A DNA stretch of 64,000 bases from Octopus sinensis (Eukaryota), in NCBI RefSeq assembly GCF_006345805.1, contig NC_043015.1, positions 22,010,001 to 22,074,000 on the forward strand, in the 5' to 3' direction. How positions within the stretch are numbered: position 1 is the stretch's first letter; every line of letters begins with the position of its first letter. The position numbers and the translations under genes were made by a program. The notes beneath the pieces are model-generated. The model saw nothing but the letters and a program-made list of their open reading frames with translations, was not told the DNA's origin and did not search any database. Below, one piece after another: positions 41,446-56,727 of the stretch.

Positions 41446-41559
41446 CATATGTACATAAGTGTAAGAGAGTGGATCCCCTTTCATACTTCTTTGTGTTGTC
41501 CGTTTTTTGCAGAATTGTTAGCTGTTTCCCTCATCACGTATTTCATGTATCACATGACT

Positions 41560-42200
41560 ATTGATGCCACCACCTTATTATAGCTAATATTTCCAGGATT
41601 CACGTGCAGTGATCATTTCAAAAGCCTTTTGGTAAGCAATGCATGACTTTGCTCGACCTATCTTCTTCTGTGATCGGTGTTCGATAACTATATTTGACCT
41701 TTCTTGTGATATAGGGCGTTTTAATTTCGTTCCTATTCTTCTCCTTGGAAATTACTTTTTCCAGGCATTTATTAATCTATTGCTATATTATTGCTGTAGG
41801 AAACTAAGTTATGTATCCGAGAGATATTAGGGTGTGATGCTTTTTAATTTCGCTGGATTGGGATTTAGTCTTTTATAGCTTTTTTCCCTTCCGTTGAATA
41901 GTATTTGTGCTGTTTGCTTGATGTTAAACATTTTCACTAACACTGGTTTCCTGCTTGTTAAATATTTCACACAGAATTTAGCTTTGTAATTTCCTGGTAT
42001 ATGTGTTCTGCACATTTTCTAGCGACTTCACATGTTTATTGATGAAATATTCAGCCACTACTTCTGAAGATATGCATCAGTTTATTTACACATTTAGTGT
42101 CTTGTTTCTGTAGAATACTTGGAATTATTTAAATCGTTTTGCCGTCTTTGCAGTGATTTCCAGTTTTGTTCTTCGCATAAAATGGTTTTAATTTTGAGTC
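41560..42200 (-). mobile_element. Very old RTE-type RT fragment
   Basis: Minus translation fragments QILFNG...FLQQ...CIAYQKAFEMI...SWK resemble RT motifs (DY.KAFD....LW). Confidence 0.4.
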
Positions 42201-42624
42201 AAAAGTTTAACAAATATTTATTTTTATTATGATTACGGTTGGGGAGGCTAGAGATGATCACCTAGTAATGTGGAATCACGGCTTTTACATAGGAATTATA
42301 TTCATGGCCTAAATAAATGTGGAATAGAGGCAGTTTCCCAGCATATATGTATAAACTGGCTTCTACGAATACATGGCGATAATTTAACCGTTCTGCACGG
42401 ATTTGTCAGTGAGAGAATGATATTGAGGATTAGTTTATGAACAAACTGCAGCCCTTGTCTCAGAAGATTTCAAAGTGCTGAGAAACGCAACTGGATATCA
42501 TAACTTTGTAGTATAGTCAGTGAAATGTGGTTGAAACAAATGGAAATTTCTGAACAAGCTGGGCCATGATGCCATGTGAGTGTTACCTATATTTGCATCT
42601 GTGTGTACGTGTGAGTGTATGGGC

Positions 42625-42659
<35 letters not shown>

Positions 42660-43086
42660 GATGTCTGTCTGTCTGTATGTATATATGTATGTCCGTTCTC
42701 CATCATTCAAGACATTTTCTAAGCGTCACACACTATTCTCGTCTCCTTGGCCCCAAAGCCGTATTTTATTCGACTGTTCATCCTCTTCCTCCGTCCTAAA
42801 TCACACTCTGTGTCGTTTTGCTTGTTTTGTTTTGGTTTTGTTTGGTTTGCTCTCGTCTCGAATTCTCCGCAAGAAAACGTTTTTGCGGGCACCGCCAATT
42901 CGGAAGCACTTAGTCTTATCGTTAAAGGTGTGACACGGAATATACCAATTAGTTGATAACTTATGAATTACGAACCTTCTTTTTGTCTCCTGTTCGTTTT
43001 TACATTCAGTATATGTCGCTTGTCTATACGTTTATATATATGACAGCATGCATGCATGTATATATATATATATTATATATATATAT

Positions 43087-43159
<73 letters not shown>

Positions 43160-43409
43160 ATATGTGTGTGTGTATGTGTTTGTGTTTGTGTATGTGTTTG
43201 TGTTTGTGTGTATACGTGTGGAGAGAAAGAGAAAGAGAGAGAGATTTATATATTTTTAAACTGCCTTTTAATATAGAATTCCTTCGCTCATCCTCAGGTT
43301 TTGTTCTTCGAAATATTTACAAATCCTGACACATTGTGTAGCGCATTAGACCATTCCTCCAAGAAGCTTCTTTGTATAAACGATTTGGCATTGTTAGCAA
43401 TAATAAAGG

Positions 43410-43411
<2 letters not shown>

Positions 43412-43484
<73 letters not shown>

Positions 43485-43487
43485 TAC

Positions 43488-43542
<55 letters not shown>

Positions 43543-43600
43543 GTTGTTGTTGTTGTTATTATTATTTTCATTATTATTATTATTATTATTATATTATTAG

Positions 43601-43646
<46 letters not shown>

Positions 43647-43680
43647 TATTATTATTATTATTATTACTATTATTATTGTT
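43412..43680. repeat. (ATT)n microsatellite
   Basis: Direct reading. Confidence 0.95.
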
Positions 43681-45550
43681 CTACCATCGTTTTTATTAAT
43701 TCAATTTTGTACATATTTTCACGGTCGTTCACCTTCTCTATTACAAACAATCATGTCTTTACTATGTGTTTTTAAATCATTCAAATATCCATCATTATCT
43801 TTGTGTATATTTTATATGCTTCACCCATCGTTGCTCTCTTTCTAATATTCCTCGATATTGCATATTCTTTTATTCCGTAAATACAATATCGTTAACGATA
43901 TCCAAAGAGCTATTTAAAAAAAAAGCACAAGAGATAACAAAGTGTATAAGACAAAAATATTTTAATAAAACAAAAAAATAATAATCAATAAAGAAAACGA
44001 AAAATATTAAAATGTAAAATGATGTGATAAAAATAAATAGTGTTTATAATACATTTTCGTATCTCGTCAATACATTTATGAAATTACAGACCTCATTTCC
44101 TAATCGATTATCAATCATTTATTGATTCCTATGTAATTCTTTTCACAGAAATTCTTTGTTCACTACCGAAAATTATATTGATCGTTAACATTAGAATCAC
44201 ACATCTATTAAATATATTTATGAAAAGATACTCATTCGCATGGAGATATAGATACATATACACATATAAGGACTCATAGATGCACATACTTCTGTGTTTA
44301 TATGTGTTTGCAGTTATGTACGTATACATACATAAACACACACATAGATATATGTATATATACTTATCTACTTGCTTATACCTCCCACAAACTAAAAAGA
44401 CACAATCCTCCTTTATTAGACACATTTTTAATCCACAAATTCATCTAGTAACCTAAACTGACTTTGTGTTCATAAGAAAAAAATCTGATGAACAGACTAA
44501 CGCATCTTTTTTATTATTTTATTCCGACATCGAAATAGACTCGAACGTTTGTTTCATTGCTTAAAAATAATAGATCACATATGGCTACTATTTCTAGCAG
44601 AAGAGGTGAGCGAATACTAGTGCATTGTTACCTTAAAAGTGTTGTATTTTAAAGGAATTGAGAGATCACGGGTTTGTAAAACCGTCACATACAATTTTAA
44701 ATACAATTAGCTTCTATAGAATCGTGATTGCTGTATAAAGGCTGTAAAAAAAGTTCGAAAGATATACAATTAGAGCCAATAAAAAGTACTACTTAACGGA
44801 TGCAAATGAAGTGAGTCCCAAACTTTATATGCTGTGCTGCTCCTAGCTAGAATGGTGCAATAGGCACTTTGGTAATTTACATCACCTTATGTGTAATAGA
44901 TTCCTGTTAAAGAAGTAAACATGAAAATTGTACAATATGCATATACTTAAAATGAACATTACGAGCTTTGAATGGGTATTGCAACATCTAAAATTGGTAG
45001 AAAGCTCTCTGAAATTACCTATCTGCTGTCTCAGATACTAACAAGACCTATTAGATAAACTAGTCCGACGCACACGTAAATATAAGTGCTTGTCCTGGTA
45101 AAAATTGATTGAATATATGTGAAGTTGACGAAGGCTAACATTAGACGAAACAGTATCAAAGCTTTGCACCTTTGTCTCTTTGCCTGTCTGAATTTTGACT
45201 CGCGTTTATCGAATATATTTCCAGCTGCAGCATTATATTGCATACAAGATCTACATTACAATATTTTCCATAGAAAATACATTTATTTTAAATACATACT
45301 GTAGCTATATGGACTTTGAAAGTTACCGTTATTAACAAGATTCGATATGATTTCAGCAAGGCGTTTTCATTTTCAATTTGTTTTTGTGAATATTACAATA
45401 AAACAACACTGAGATATAGGAAGCATACACTCGCATACACAGGAATAAACACAGACACATACACACACACACAGACATAATGTATATGTGTATATGCAGT
45501 TATATCTGTGTATGCGTGCATGTATATATAGTTATATCTGTGTTTGTGTT

Positions 45551-45612
<62 letters not shown>

Positions 45613-45653
45613 TATTCACCTATGTATGTATGTCTCTCTCTCTCTCTCTCTCG

Positions 45654-45697
<44 letters not shown>

Positions 45698-46711
45698 CTA
45701 TGTATATATATATATAATACATTTACATCTACATGTATATGTATACACACACACGCGAACACATATGTGCGTACACTTATACTACGCCGTTATATATTAC
45801 CCTTATAGTATTATATCATATTAAATTATATTCACACTGTATTTCCTTTTTATTTATATTTATTTCCTTCGATCACATTATTAGATTCTTCCCTGTTTGC
45901 CAGTTCTAACAATAAACAAACGCCATTGCTACCATCTATAAATTCTTTACGATTAATCAATTTGCCAAAACCATATGCAATCCAATATTTGCAAACCCAT
46001 GTTGTCTTACGTGTAAGGACTACTAAACTAACATCCTTAGAACAATTTAATGCGTTGGTTGGGAGGAGAGAAATATCTATTAGAGAAAGAACACGATGAA
46101 CGATAATGCAGTTGTTCGGTTACGTCCTTTGATTGTCTGGTTAATGGCAAATACAATGATATTTAGAGAATAATAGAATGTAAAAGTGATGTACTCCATC
46201 AAGGAGAGACTCGTTGAATGATGTTCAGACTTGGGCTGTGAGAAGAACATCGAAATTCGTAATGTAAACCCATTACCGACGCGGGTGGGAAACTGCTGAG
46301 AAACTTTCAAGAGCAGCTAACAGCAGAATTGCTATGAGAACCAGTTGAAACCATTTACAGTCCCTATTGATAGCGGACCAAGTTTATACATCATCTCAGG
46401 AAACATAATCACATCTAGATTTAGAAAATTTAATGTAAGCATTTATGAAAGGTCTAGAGTATTTCTTTCTCATGTCTCTCTGCCTCTTTCACAAATAGAA
46501 TGTTGTTACACCTATAGATTAAATAATCAAAATTATGTTTGAGATACGCCTTAAGTGATGATGGAACAAGTACAGCCCTACGGCATTTCTCGGATCTTAG
46601 AAAAGATTATTCTTTGCTTTTTTTTTAAAATTCCACTCGTCACTATTCAAAATGTAAATGTCACTGTTTTCAAATTTTAACTTTTCCACCCAAGTGTGTA
46701 TGTGTGTGTGT

Positions 46712-46751
<40 letters not shown>

Positions 46752-46989
46752 TGTGTGTGTGTGTGTGTGCAACCCTTTAATATTTTCAAATTGACATGAG
46801 TTGCTCCCCTTAAATTTTAACGTTCAGATTCAATTTTAATATTCTGTTCTTCAGAGTTATCTGAAATTCGGAGTACCAAGTTACTATATATTCTGATATT
46901 GTAACATTTAATTAAACTATCATCTATATTTGATATAGTTGGTTCTCATTCTTTTTGTGTATACTTCAATACTGCAATATATATATATG

Positions 46990-47044
<55 letters not shown>

Positions 47045-47046
<2 letters not shown>

Positions 47047-47882
47047 TACGCAAAACTGAAAGTAACACTGACATCTCACTTTTAATAGATATTTTTACCA
47101 AAATTACATCATACTATCTTGAAATATTAAAGAGTAACTATACTCAATAAATTCGTCATTGTCTTCAAGCACGGCCTCAAGACAACTTTCAACCTTTTTG
47201 CAACTCTGCTGGACGGTCTCCTTGTTTAAGTTGGGGAACGCTGCCTTAATCCTTGCCTTCTGTTCATCTTTCCTGTTACAAGGATGTCTGTTGGTCTCTC
47301 TCGATCAACTCCCCACACGTAATAACCAAGGGGGTTGCCGTCTGGATAGCCAGGTGGCCGGATGTTAGTGGTGGTGTGGTCGCTGAAATTGTCTGACAGC
47401 CATGACTGAATTCTGTTTGTGAGGCTTCATGCTGGCACCTATAACCAGGCATAGAGCGTTGCAGCAGACACTCTCTTGACCCAGAGTAGCACTACCTCTT
47501 CCAGATACTCGATGTACGTCTCCGAGTTGAGAGTGAGGGCGTGTGGGAAGATGATCGGGGGCATAACGTCACCATACTAGTGATCACTCCAATCACCATG
47601 ATGTTGACTAGATGTTTGATTTTCATCACTATCCATGCATGTCCTCAGATTGCACTTTCCTCTGATTGACACTCAAACACTCAGAAGTGTTCGTATTCGT
47701 GCTTCAGGCATGAATGCCATGGAGTACAGCACATCATTACAGAGTGAATTGCGTCATGGTGCTGTTTTTCTCACATATAGTGCCCAACTGACGCTATTAT
47801 GCTGTGTAGTCTGCAAAATGAAAACCAGCTATGCGTCTGTGCGAAATTAAAAATATAACATGACGACAATTTACTCATCACT
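47045..47882 (-). mobile_element. Tc1/mariner (maT-like) relic, same family as 28471-29322
   Basis: Shared AAATTGTCTGACAGCCATGACTG, GACAATTTAC.CATC end and left-end sequence. Confidence 0.8.
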
Positions 47883-47916
47883 TTCTTTCTCTCCATCTTA
47901 CTCTCTCTCTTTCACG

Positions 47917-47998
<82 letters not shown>

Positions 47999-48003
<5 letters not shown>

Positions 48004-48424
48004 TGTGTGTGTGTGTATTTACGTATGTGGTTTCTGGCCATACATAAGAAATGCAAACTAAGAAAATTCTTCAACTTCTACACCCGACATCAATTGGCTT
48101 CCTCAAAAGAAAGGACAGAATCATCTTCATACTTCAAAAGAATATATATCTTGTAAAGCCCTGTAGGAACTCATTATATATTCAGCAGGTTTTAATTATA
48201 TCACACGTCAAGTAGTCGGCTCTTCAAATACAGAATCAATTTGAAGACAGTTGAATATCTTTTATGTTGCAGCCTTGGTATTACTGTCAATGAACTAATA
48301 TTTATGTGCAGACGCGTTTGGATTAGTACATTCATGTCTGCTTGAAAGTGTGTATGAATCCATATTCATACAGATACATTCATACGCATACATTCGCACG
48401 CACGCACGGTCATACGAATATATA

Positions 48425-48491
<67 letters not shown>

Positions 48492-48520
48492 ATTATATAT
48501 ATATATATATATATAATATA

Positions 48521-48552
<32 letters not shown>

Positions 48553-49010
48553 GAGTGTGTGTGTGTGTATTTACGTATGTGGTTTCTGGCCATACATAAG
48601 AAATGCAAACTAAGAAAATTCTTCAACTTCTACACCCGACATCAATTGGCTTCCTCAAAAGAAAGGACAGAATCATCTTCATACTTCAAAAGAATATATA
48701 TCTTGTAAAGCCCTGTAGGAACTCATTATATATTCAGCAGGTTTTAATTATATCACACGTCAAGTAGTCGGCTCTTCAAATACAGAATCAATTTGAAGAC
48801 AGTTGAATATCTTTTATGTTGCAGCCTTGGTATTACTGTCAATGAACTAATATTTATGTGCAGACGCGTTTGGATTAGTACATTCATGTCTGCTTGAAAG
48901 TGTGTATGAATCCATATTCATACAGATACATTCATACGCATACATTCGCACGCACGCACGGTCATACGAATATATATACATACATACATACATACATACA
49001 TACATACATA
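47999..49010. repeat. Identical tandem duplication, 552-bp period, units separated by (TA)n
   Basis: 48001 onward equals 48553 onward with no differences seen outside the microsatellites. Confidence 0.9.
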
Positions 49011-49011
49011 C

Positions 49012-49109
<98 letters not shown>

Positions 49110-49169
49110 TATATATATATACACACATACATATGTGTGTGTGTACGTATGTATTCTGTTATTCATTCA

Positions 49170-49550
49170 TTCGTTTCAGCAATGCCACTGTGGTCAAGCT
49201 GCAGCTCCTCCATAGTCTTGCTGATTTCCTCAGGCTGGGTTATTTCACCTCAACACACTTGTATGTGTCTTTGTCCCAGCTCTTAGCACATTTGATGAAT
49301 GACGGAGTTTAATGCCGTTGCTCTTCACTGTACATTATGTCGGACGGTTAGTTCATCCGGTATTGTGGACAGGAGGATGTCTAGTTCCCTTTTGAAGACA
49401 TCTACTCTCATCTTATGCAGATTTCTTAATTTTAGTAGCAGGATATTGAAGAGCTGTGGGGCTTTGATTCCTAGGCTTATTACCTGACATACTGATCGGT
49501 TCGATTTCGATTCACTAGTTATATTTTTTCTCCCCAAATTTTCAGCCCTT
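49170..49550 (-). mobile_element. CR1/L2-group LINE 3' fragment
   Basis: Minus ORF SLGIKAPQLFNILLLKLRNLHKMRVDVFKRELDILLSTIPDE plus tail similar to 9803-9850. Confidence 0.7.
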
Positions 49551-49694
49551 TCGCAGCCTTGTCAATCCATTAAGTTCCATTAACATCCTTATATGATAGT
49601 GATTAACCAGTGGATATTTTCCATTATTTAATCTCTAATTACGACTTGACGTCCTCGAATAGACTACAGACACACATTCACACACACATATGTA

Positions 49695-49875
49695 GTGAGA
49701 ATTTACAAAAAAAAAAGATGAAGACGAGTGTGTAAACAACAAACAGATGTATTAGTTTAACGCTCAGGAACTGAGAAAGTCTTTTACGCTCTTCGACAGA
49801 AAGGAACACAGATATAAACAAGGAGAGAAAATAGAAAAGGTTCAATGGCTAGCGATCTATCATGGCAAATGCCGG
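49695..49875 (-). mobile_element. Family P2 copy with HHR partly deleted
   Basis: Aligns to 18650-18810; the segment between two TACG words is missing. Confidence 0.6.
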
Positions 49876-49947
49876 ACAGAGTGATCACATAGGAGAGCTA
49901 GGTACATGTATGTATTTATACACGCATATTCATATAATCATAGATGC

Positions 49948-49988
<41 letters not shown>

Positions 49989-50760
49989 TCTCTGTCTATG
50001 TATGTATGTATGCATGTATGTATGTATCTATCTATCTACCTATCTATCTATATACATATATGTATAAAAACGTAAAAACTTGTGTGTATGTATATATCAT
50101 GTGGTTTAATGAAAATGTTACGCAGTTGAGTGCTGAGATGTTTCAAGTATTCTACTATAGGACCACAAATCGATCGCAGACTGAATAGACAAGAGCAGAG
50201 GACAGAATATTCCTAAATTTGGTACATCTACAGTGCAGAGTATTCCAAGAGATGGAGGGATCTAGGTAATGACACATAACTTTATGTGCAATGATAAATC
50301 TTTCCATATACAAATTATTAAGATTGTAACACTACGCACGCTGGTACCTAGCTGGTTTCTGAAAATAATCAGGACAAAGGAAAATGATATATTGCTCGTT
50401 CTATGGAGAAACATTTGTTCGCCGTCGGCTAGGATACTGTTCCTGACAAAACTTGCTACAAGGCATCAAACTAACACTGGAGCTCGAGGTAACACCGAGA
50501 ACCACTGCACAAACAAAACTGACGCGATGCAAAAGATGAAAGCAAGGAAATAGTTTAACAGAGTTTAGGTCATAATACTTTAAGAGAAATATATATGTCT
50601 ATGAGGTAAGTGCTTCATGTGGCTGTTTGAGATAAATCTCGTCTCTCATTTCTAGGAATTGTCGATGCTAGTTTGCATTCTTATTTATTAATTTTCCTCT
50701 CCCGTTTTTAATTACTAATGAGCCACCTATGTTATAATCCATTTACTGCATCTTAATATA

Positions 50761-50794
<34 letters not shown>

Positions 50795-50797
<3 letters not shown>

Positions 50798-51020
50798 CTC
50801 TTTTACTCTTTTACTTGTTTCAGTCATTTGACTGCGGCCATGCTGGAGCACCGCCTTTAGTCGAGCAAATCGACCCCGGGACTTATTCTTTGTAAGCCCA
50901 GTACTTATTCTATCGGTCTCTTTTGCCGAACCGCTAAGTGATGGGGACGTAAACACACCAGCATCGGTTGTCAGGCAATGCTAGGGGGACAAACACAGAC
51001 ACACAAACATACACACACAC
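50795..51020 (-). mobile_element. SINE family A, body and tail half, young
   Basis: TTACTCTTTTACTCTTTTACTTGTTTCAGTCATTTGACTGCGGCCATGCTGGAGCACCGCC. Confidence 0.85.
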
Positions 51021-51480
51021 ATATATATATATATATAGTTAATAATAAAAGGGTAAAATTAATTAATTATTAATTAATTTTACCAAATAGCATTCAGTAT
51101 GTAAAAATACCATTTACGGTATATTTAAAACATTACGTTTTACATTATGTAATTAGGGTTCAGTAAAATAATTTACTTTACCACACACCGAACTTTTGGA
51201 AATAGCAGCCAAAAAATCTTAGCTAGCTATTTCCTCTACTATAAGAACAGTTTCCCAGACAATGTATACTCAAAAATAATTCACGCAGGTGTAGAGGGAA
51301 AAATACATCAATTACTTGAGAACGTCGTTTCTGGATTAGTTGGATATAGAGATCAACATTTCCGTCATCAGCTCAAGATTTCTTTAGATATGGATTTTAT
51401 ATATATATATATATATTTAGGCACATATATGTATTTATAAATGTATACACACAGACACAGACACACACACACACGCACAC

Positions 51481-51880
<400 letters not shown>

Positions 51881-51903
51881 AACAGTAATATAAATATATG
51901 ACA

Positions 51904-51951
<48 letters not shown>

Positions 51952-52230
51952 TCAGATGTTAAAAGAACAATCTTAATGACTAACAAAGGGAAGTAAGCCC
52001 TCGGCGTATATACTCGGTTCACGAATTCGGATTTTGATGTAGACCATCAGTGACTCTAGAATTAAAATCAACTACCTATGTCAGTCTTATAAGAAAACCG
52101 TTGGATACGTGCTGATTTTCGAAACAATAAAAATGTAAACAACAAATTAAATGGGTTGCTTTTTTAGAAATTTAAACCTAAACGCAAAATTTATACACTA
52201 GTGCTAGAAAGAAGAGTTAATATAAGTATA

Positions 52231-52290
<60 letters not shown>

Positions 52291-52713
52291 CATAATCAAG
52301 CACACATGCACATAAATATCAACATCTGTATAAAAAAATATGTACATAATTGTTTGTGTGTGCAAGCATGATAGTCTCATCTAAATTTCCCTCATAATTA
52401 AAAAAATAAGAAATCTAAGTGATAAATAGCAAAACAACCGATAAATACGGCCGTAAGCAAGCCATGTTCATTTTTATTTGTAAAACATCTGTTTGTGTGA
52501 GCAAGGAACATATCTGCATGTTTTTGTTAATCGCCAATTAATTTGGCCATTTCTACGGAACTATTTTGAGCTGTAAACGTATCTTATGCCAAAACGATTT
52601 ACAGATTTACGGCTTCATATGTATGAGAATAAGGCTACATGATCGTCTGCCAAACATGGTCTGTTTGTATGAAAGTAATTTCTTGCTACCTGTTAACATA
52701 TTCTTACATATCT

Positions 52714-52927
52714 GGTAGCGAGCTGGCAGAATCGTTAGCATGCCGGGTGAAATGCTTAGTGGTAGTTCGTCTGTGTTTATGTTCTGAGTTAAAATTCCGC
52801 CAAGGTCGATTTTGCCTTTCAACCTTCCTGGTTCGATGAATTAGGTACGAGTTGTGTATTGATGTCGATCTAATCGACTGGTCCTCCCTCCCCCAAAATT
52901 TCGGGCCTTGTGCCCAAAGTAGAAAAG
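52714..52927 (+). mobile_element. SINE family B, full length
   Basis: GCGAGCTGGCAGAATCGTTAGC (A-box-like) ... GAGTTAAAATTCC (B-box-like) ... GGGCCTTGTGCCCAAAGTAGAAAAG. Confidence 0.8.
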
Positions 52928-53353
52928 CACAAATTATTTCATAATTTTACTTGTTTCGGGCTTCCAACAGCAGCCATACTCATACGCAGTTTTCAAATTT
53001 CTTTTTAAAGTGTAATGCATATTCTGTCCTTTAACCTATTTCAGTCATGAGACCGTGGCCACGCTGGGGCATAAACATCATAAACAATTTTCGCAGAACA
53101 AATCGGCCTCAGTATTTGCTCCTTGTGAATTCATGGTAGGGAAGGATATTCTTCTTCTTCTTCTTCTTGGAAAAGTCTCAATGACTGAAACCGGTACTGA
53201 AATGTTTTTTATAAAATTATTTTAGCATTTTCTATCTTGACTTTTTCTCCCATATGTATCAACTCGCGTGTTTCTTTTAAACATTCTACATACATACATA
53301 CATATATGTATGTAGGTATCTATGTATCTATGTATATATGTATGTATGTATCC

Positions 53354-53411
<58 letters not shown>

Positions 53412-53412
<1 letters not shown>

Positions 53413-53587
53413 GCGTAAAGGACTTGTCTCCACACAATTTCCATCTACCAAACTAACTCTCAAAGCATTGGTCGGCCCTGGGCTAGCTATAGTGGAAAAC
53501 ACCTACCGAAGCTGCCACACAGTAGTTTGAACCTGAAACAACCTGTTTTCGAAGCGAAATTCTAAACTATGCTGCCATGCTTGTGCC
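53412..53587 (-). mobile_element. SINE family A head, diverged
   Basis: CAAAGCATTGGTCGGCCC...CTATAGTGGAAAACAC...TTGAACC. Confidence 0.6.
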
Positions 53588-54754
53588 TTTGACGTTTTAT
53601 TCAAGTATCGTCACCGTACTTATGTCGACCCACAACTGCGGTACTACACCTTACAGACCTTGCACTTATCACAAAAATACCAGCTTTCTGATTAAACATC
53701 AATGCACGTTGCATCGGAGAATGATGGATTACTTTAAAATGTCTTTGTACTTGGAATAAGCAGCCAGTTCCATTATAATAAAAATCTGTCTATTATTCTG
53801 TAGTCCAAACAACGGAAAAACTATTGCGTTAAAATCACGAAGCGAGTTCAGCATACGCTTGAAGTGTCACTTAATAAACAGATTAAAATTACCATCTCGA
53901 CTGAATCTAAAATCTCTATATTCAAGAATTGTAAATACAGAAGCGTTGCAAATATTTAATATGCGGTATTGATCTTTGATAGAAATTGAAGATTTGTTTC
54001 AAGAAATTGTTTTCAATATTCGACATTAGAGAAGTTGCCGTTGTCAATGAGTGATACGCACTGAGTCTAAAATATCCCAGCTGTTATTGCACATGCCTGC
54101 TTAATGTGATTTTAACGAATTAATTCTTCAGACCTGTGTCTCACTATGACATTCTATATTTAAGGTTACAATGATTTATGAAGAAGCGTATGAAATGGGC
54201 GAATATGAATTTATGCATAGGCATATTCTTACAAAAGGATACACAAAAGTCGGTACGTGTGCGCGTGTACACTCACACACACACACACACGCATACACAC
54301 ACTCACACACACACACATGCATTCTTTGCATTCGTATATGTGTCTGTATGGATATTTATACGTATGCATAAATACATGTACATACGTGTATATGTGTGCA
54401 GGTATATATGAGTAAACAATGGTGATTGTTAGTGACTGAGTGTGATTAAGTAAAAATATACAGCTGTACCTTGCTTCATCGTTGCTTTATAAAAATTGCA
54501 ACTAGATATACATACATATCATACCACATAGAAACCAACAAGAAATTATCCACATATACGCATAAATATATCAATACCGAAGAGCATAAAAAATCATGGC
54601 TGTGCTAGTATGTAAATTAATGGAGAAGTTAAAAAATATTTTCTTCAAATTTCGTAATCTCTTTCTATAAACTTTCTGTCCGTCTGCCTATCCTTGATCC
54701 TCGACCCTCACCCTCTATCTATATATACATAAAAAAGACAGAATTAATCTATAT

Positions 54755-55362
54755 TAGAAGGTGGTAACAAAATGTTCCCGGAGTCGTTATGTTTAGTAAA
54801 AAAAAATATACCTATTTACCTAAGTTTTAATATCATCTCATTCGAAATAATCACATTGCATAGCTACATACCGGTCCCAGCATTTCTGCCGCTTCCGGAA
54901 TCCGGCTTGAAAGTCACTTTCGATAAGCGTTTCGAGACCAGTCTGCGATTCGCTCTGGATCTCGACAACGGTGTTAAAACAGCGACCTTTGAGGCACATG
55001 TTCATTTTGAGGAGATGGAAGTCTGCGTGTGTTAAATAAGGCGAGTGCGGAAGCGGTAGCAACTTGTTTTCGGCAAGAAACTCACAAGTGGGGAGAGCCC
55101 AGTATAGAAACCATTACTTCGTGGCCCACAAATCCGATCGCTTTCGCTGAAAGTCCTCCAACGAACGTTTCAAAACAGCGCAGGGACACTCTCAATTAAC
55201 AGTCTTCCCCAGAGAGACAAATTCTCGATGCAACGTACCACAATCCCCGGCGTTACATTTGGCATGTCAATCGACATGTCATGCGGCACGCTGCGTCAAG
55301 GAGATCACTGCAAAATCTCACTGCGCATACAACCGTATGCTGCCCTTTTGATAACACCTCGT
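54755..55362 (-). mobile_element. mariner (DD34D-type) relic with terminal inverted repeats
   Basis: LHREFVSLGKTVN...EFLAENK..PLPHSPYLTHADFHL...LKGRCF...WDRYVAMQCDYFE*; ends GAAGGTGGTAACAAAA and (rc) ACGAGGTGTTATCAAAA. Confidence 0.85.
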
Positions 55363-55406
55363 TCATATTCTCAAAACTAACTTACATATATACGTCTATA
55401 TATGCG

Positions 55407-55438
<32 letters not shown>

Positions 55439-55478
55439 TATAATATAATATATATATATATATATATGCGTTTGTCTC

Positions 55479-55519
<41 letters not shown>

Positions 55520-56370
55520 ATAAGGTAACAACTATCCCTGCCTAAAGTTTGAGATTGTGATTTAGAACACAGATGAGTACGTTATTTATGCGTTATTTGC
55601 GAACACGTGCACCCGCAATGTATATAAGTACCCGTGTCTATGCACACACAGACACTCACACACAATTAAGCAATGTAACTACACACGAGCAGTTGGTGAT
55701 TTTCTTTCCTTCTTTGGAATTCACCGTTTTCCTTTCCGACGAAGAGCAATGTCCAAAACGCCAAAACCCTCTTTTTTTACCGTCCTGTGCACGTCTTCGT
55801 GTTGTTTATTACTGCTGTTTTTAATGTTCGTTTATTTGATATGACTACATGGCTATATGCCTATAAAATTATATCCAAGATATCCAATAATTTACAAAAG
55901 CCACTAGTGTTGAAGGACACCCCTACACTCTTCATTTCCTGATGCTTTGCAATCATCTGCTTGCAAACACTTTCTTACATCGACAAATAACAATAAAATA
56001 TCCAGCATTCAGCACTGCTGCGTAACACCCACAACACCCGCATACCGCTACGTCTCGGGACCCGAAACTCAACATTGAGTTTCGCAGACACTCTCATTTA
56101 CAAACACATAATATATTTGTATGGGGCAAAACACGTCTAGGTGTTATCTATGCTCAAGTTCTCTTCTATAGTGCTTTTCTAGGAGGTCAGGAAACATTGG
56201 TGCTTGGAGAAGATATACGCGGAATTTGCTAGCATCTTAACGCCGACATGTAAGAGGCTGAGTATATCACTCTTGTGGCATTGTATGAGCCATGTCTATG
56301 TGTTTAGACCGCTTGACCAACCTAAGTACATTACTGCACCTTACATTTTTTATTTACGTCATGCGTTTGC

Positions 56371-56726
56371 TTATTACATCAGCCTTAGCGTAGGCGGAGG
56401 TATTGTTTTTCAGTCGTGTTTGTTTGCGCGTACACAAGATATCTCAAAAACCGCTGGATACATTCGCATGAAACTTTCAGGGATGTTTGGCCTCGTGATT
56501 GACATGATTTGGGGATCGATCGGGTACCGGACGAGGATTCTTGATAATTTTTCCTGTTTGTTTACTTAATGTTTGTGTGTGGCCGGATTCACTTTTAGTA
56601 TTCTCGTTTCTGAGAGGAGTCGTGTTTGTTTCCGATATTCATTATTATTTTAAAGATCAACTGTAGCTAATCGTTGACAGAACGTTGGTGTTGGCTTGGC
56701 GGAGGTTTGCGCTCTCTGTGTGCTAA
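56371..56726 (+). mobile_element. Helentron-associated non-autonomous element (HINE/DINE-1-like)
   Basis: 5' TTATTAC...palindrome...GGCGGAGGTATTG, central AAGATATCTCAAAAACCGCTGG..GAAACTT, 3' GGCGGAGGTTTGCGCTCTCTGTGTGCT. Confidence 0.75.
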
Positions 56727-56727
56727 C

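Noticed and set aside
50190-50560. Possible additional CR1-like 3' fragment
   Set aside because: Only a faint YSAEY..WRDL resemblance; too degenerate
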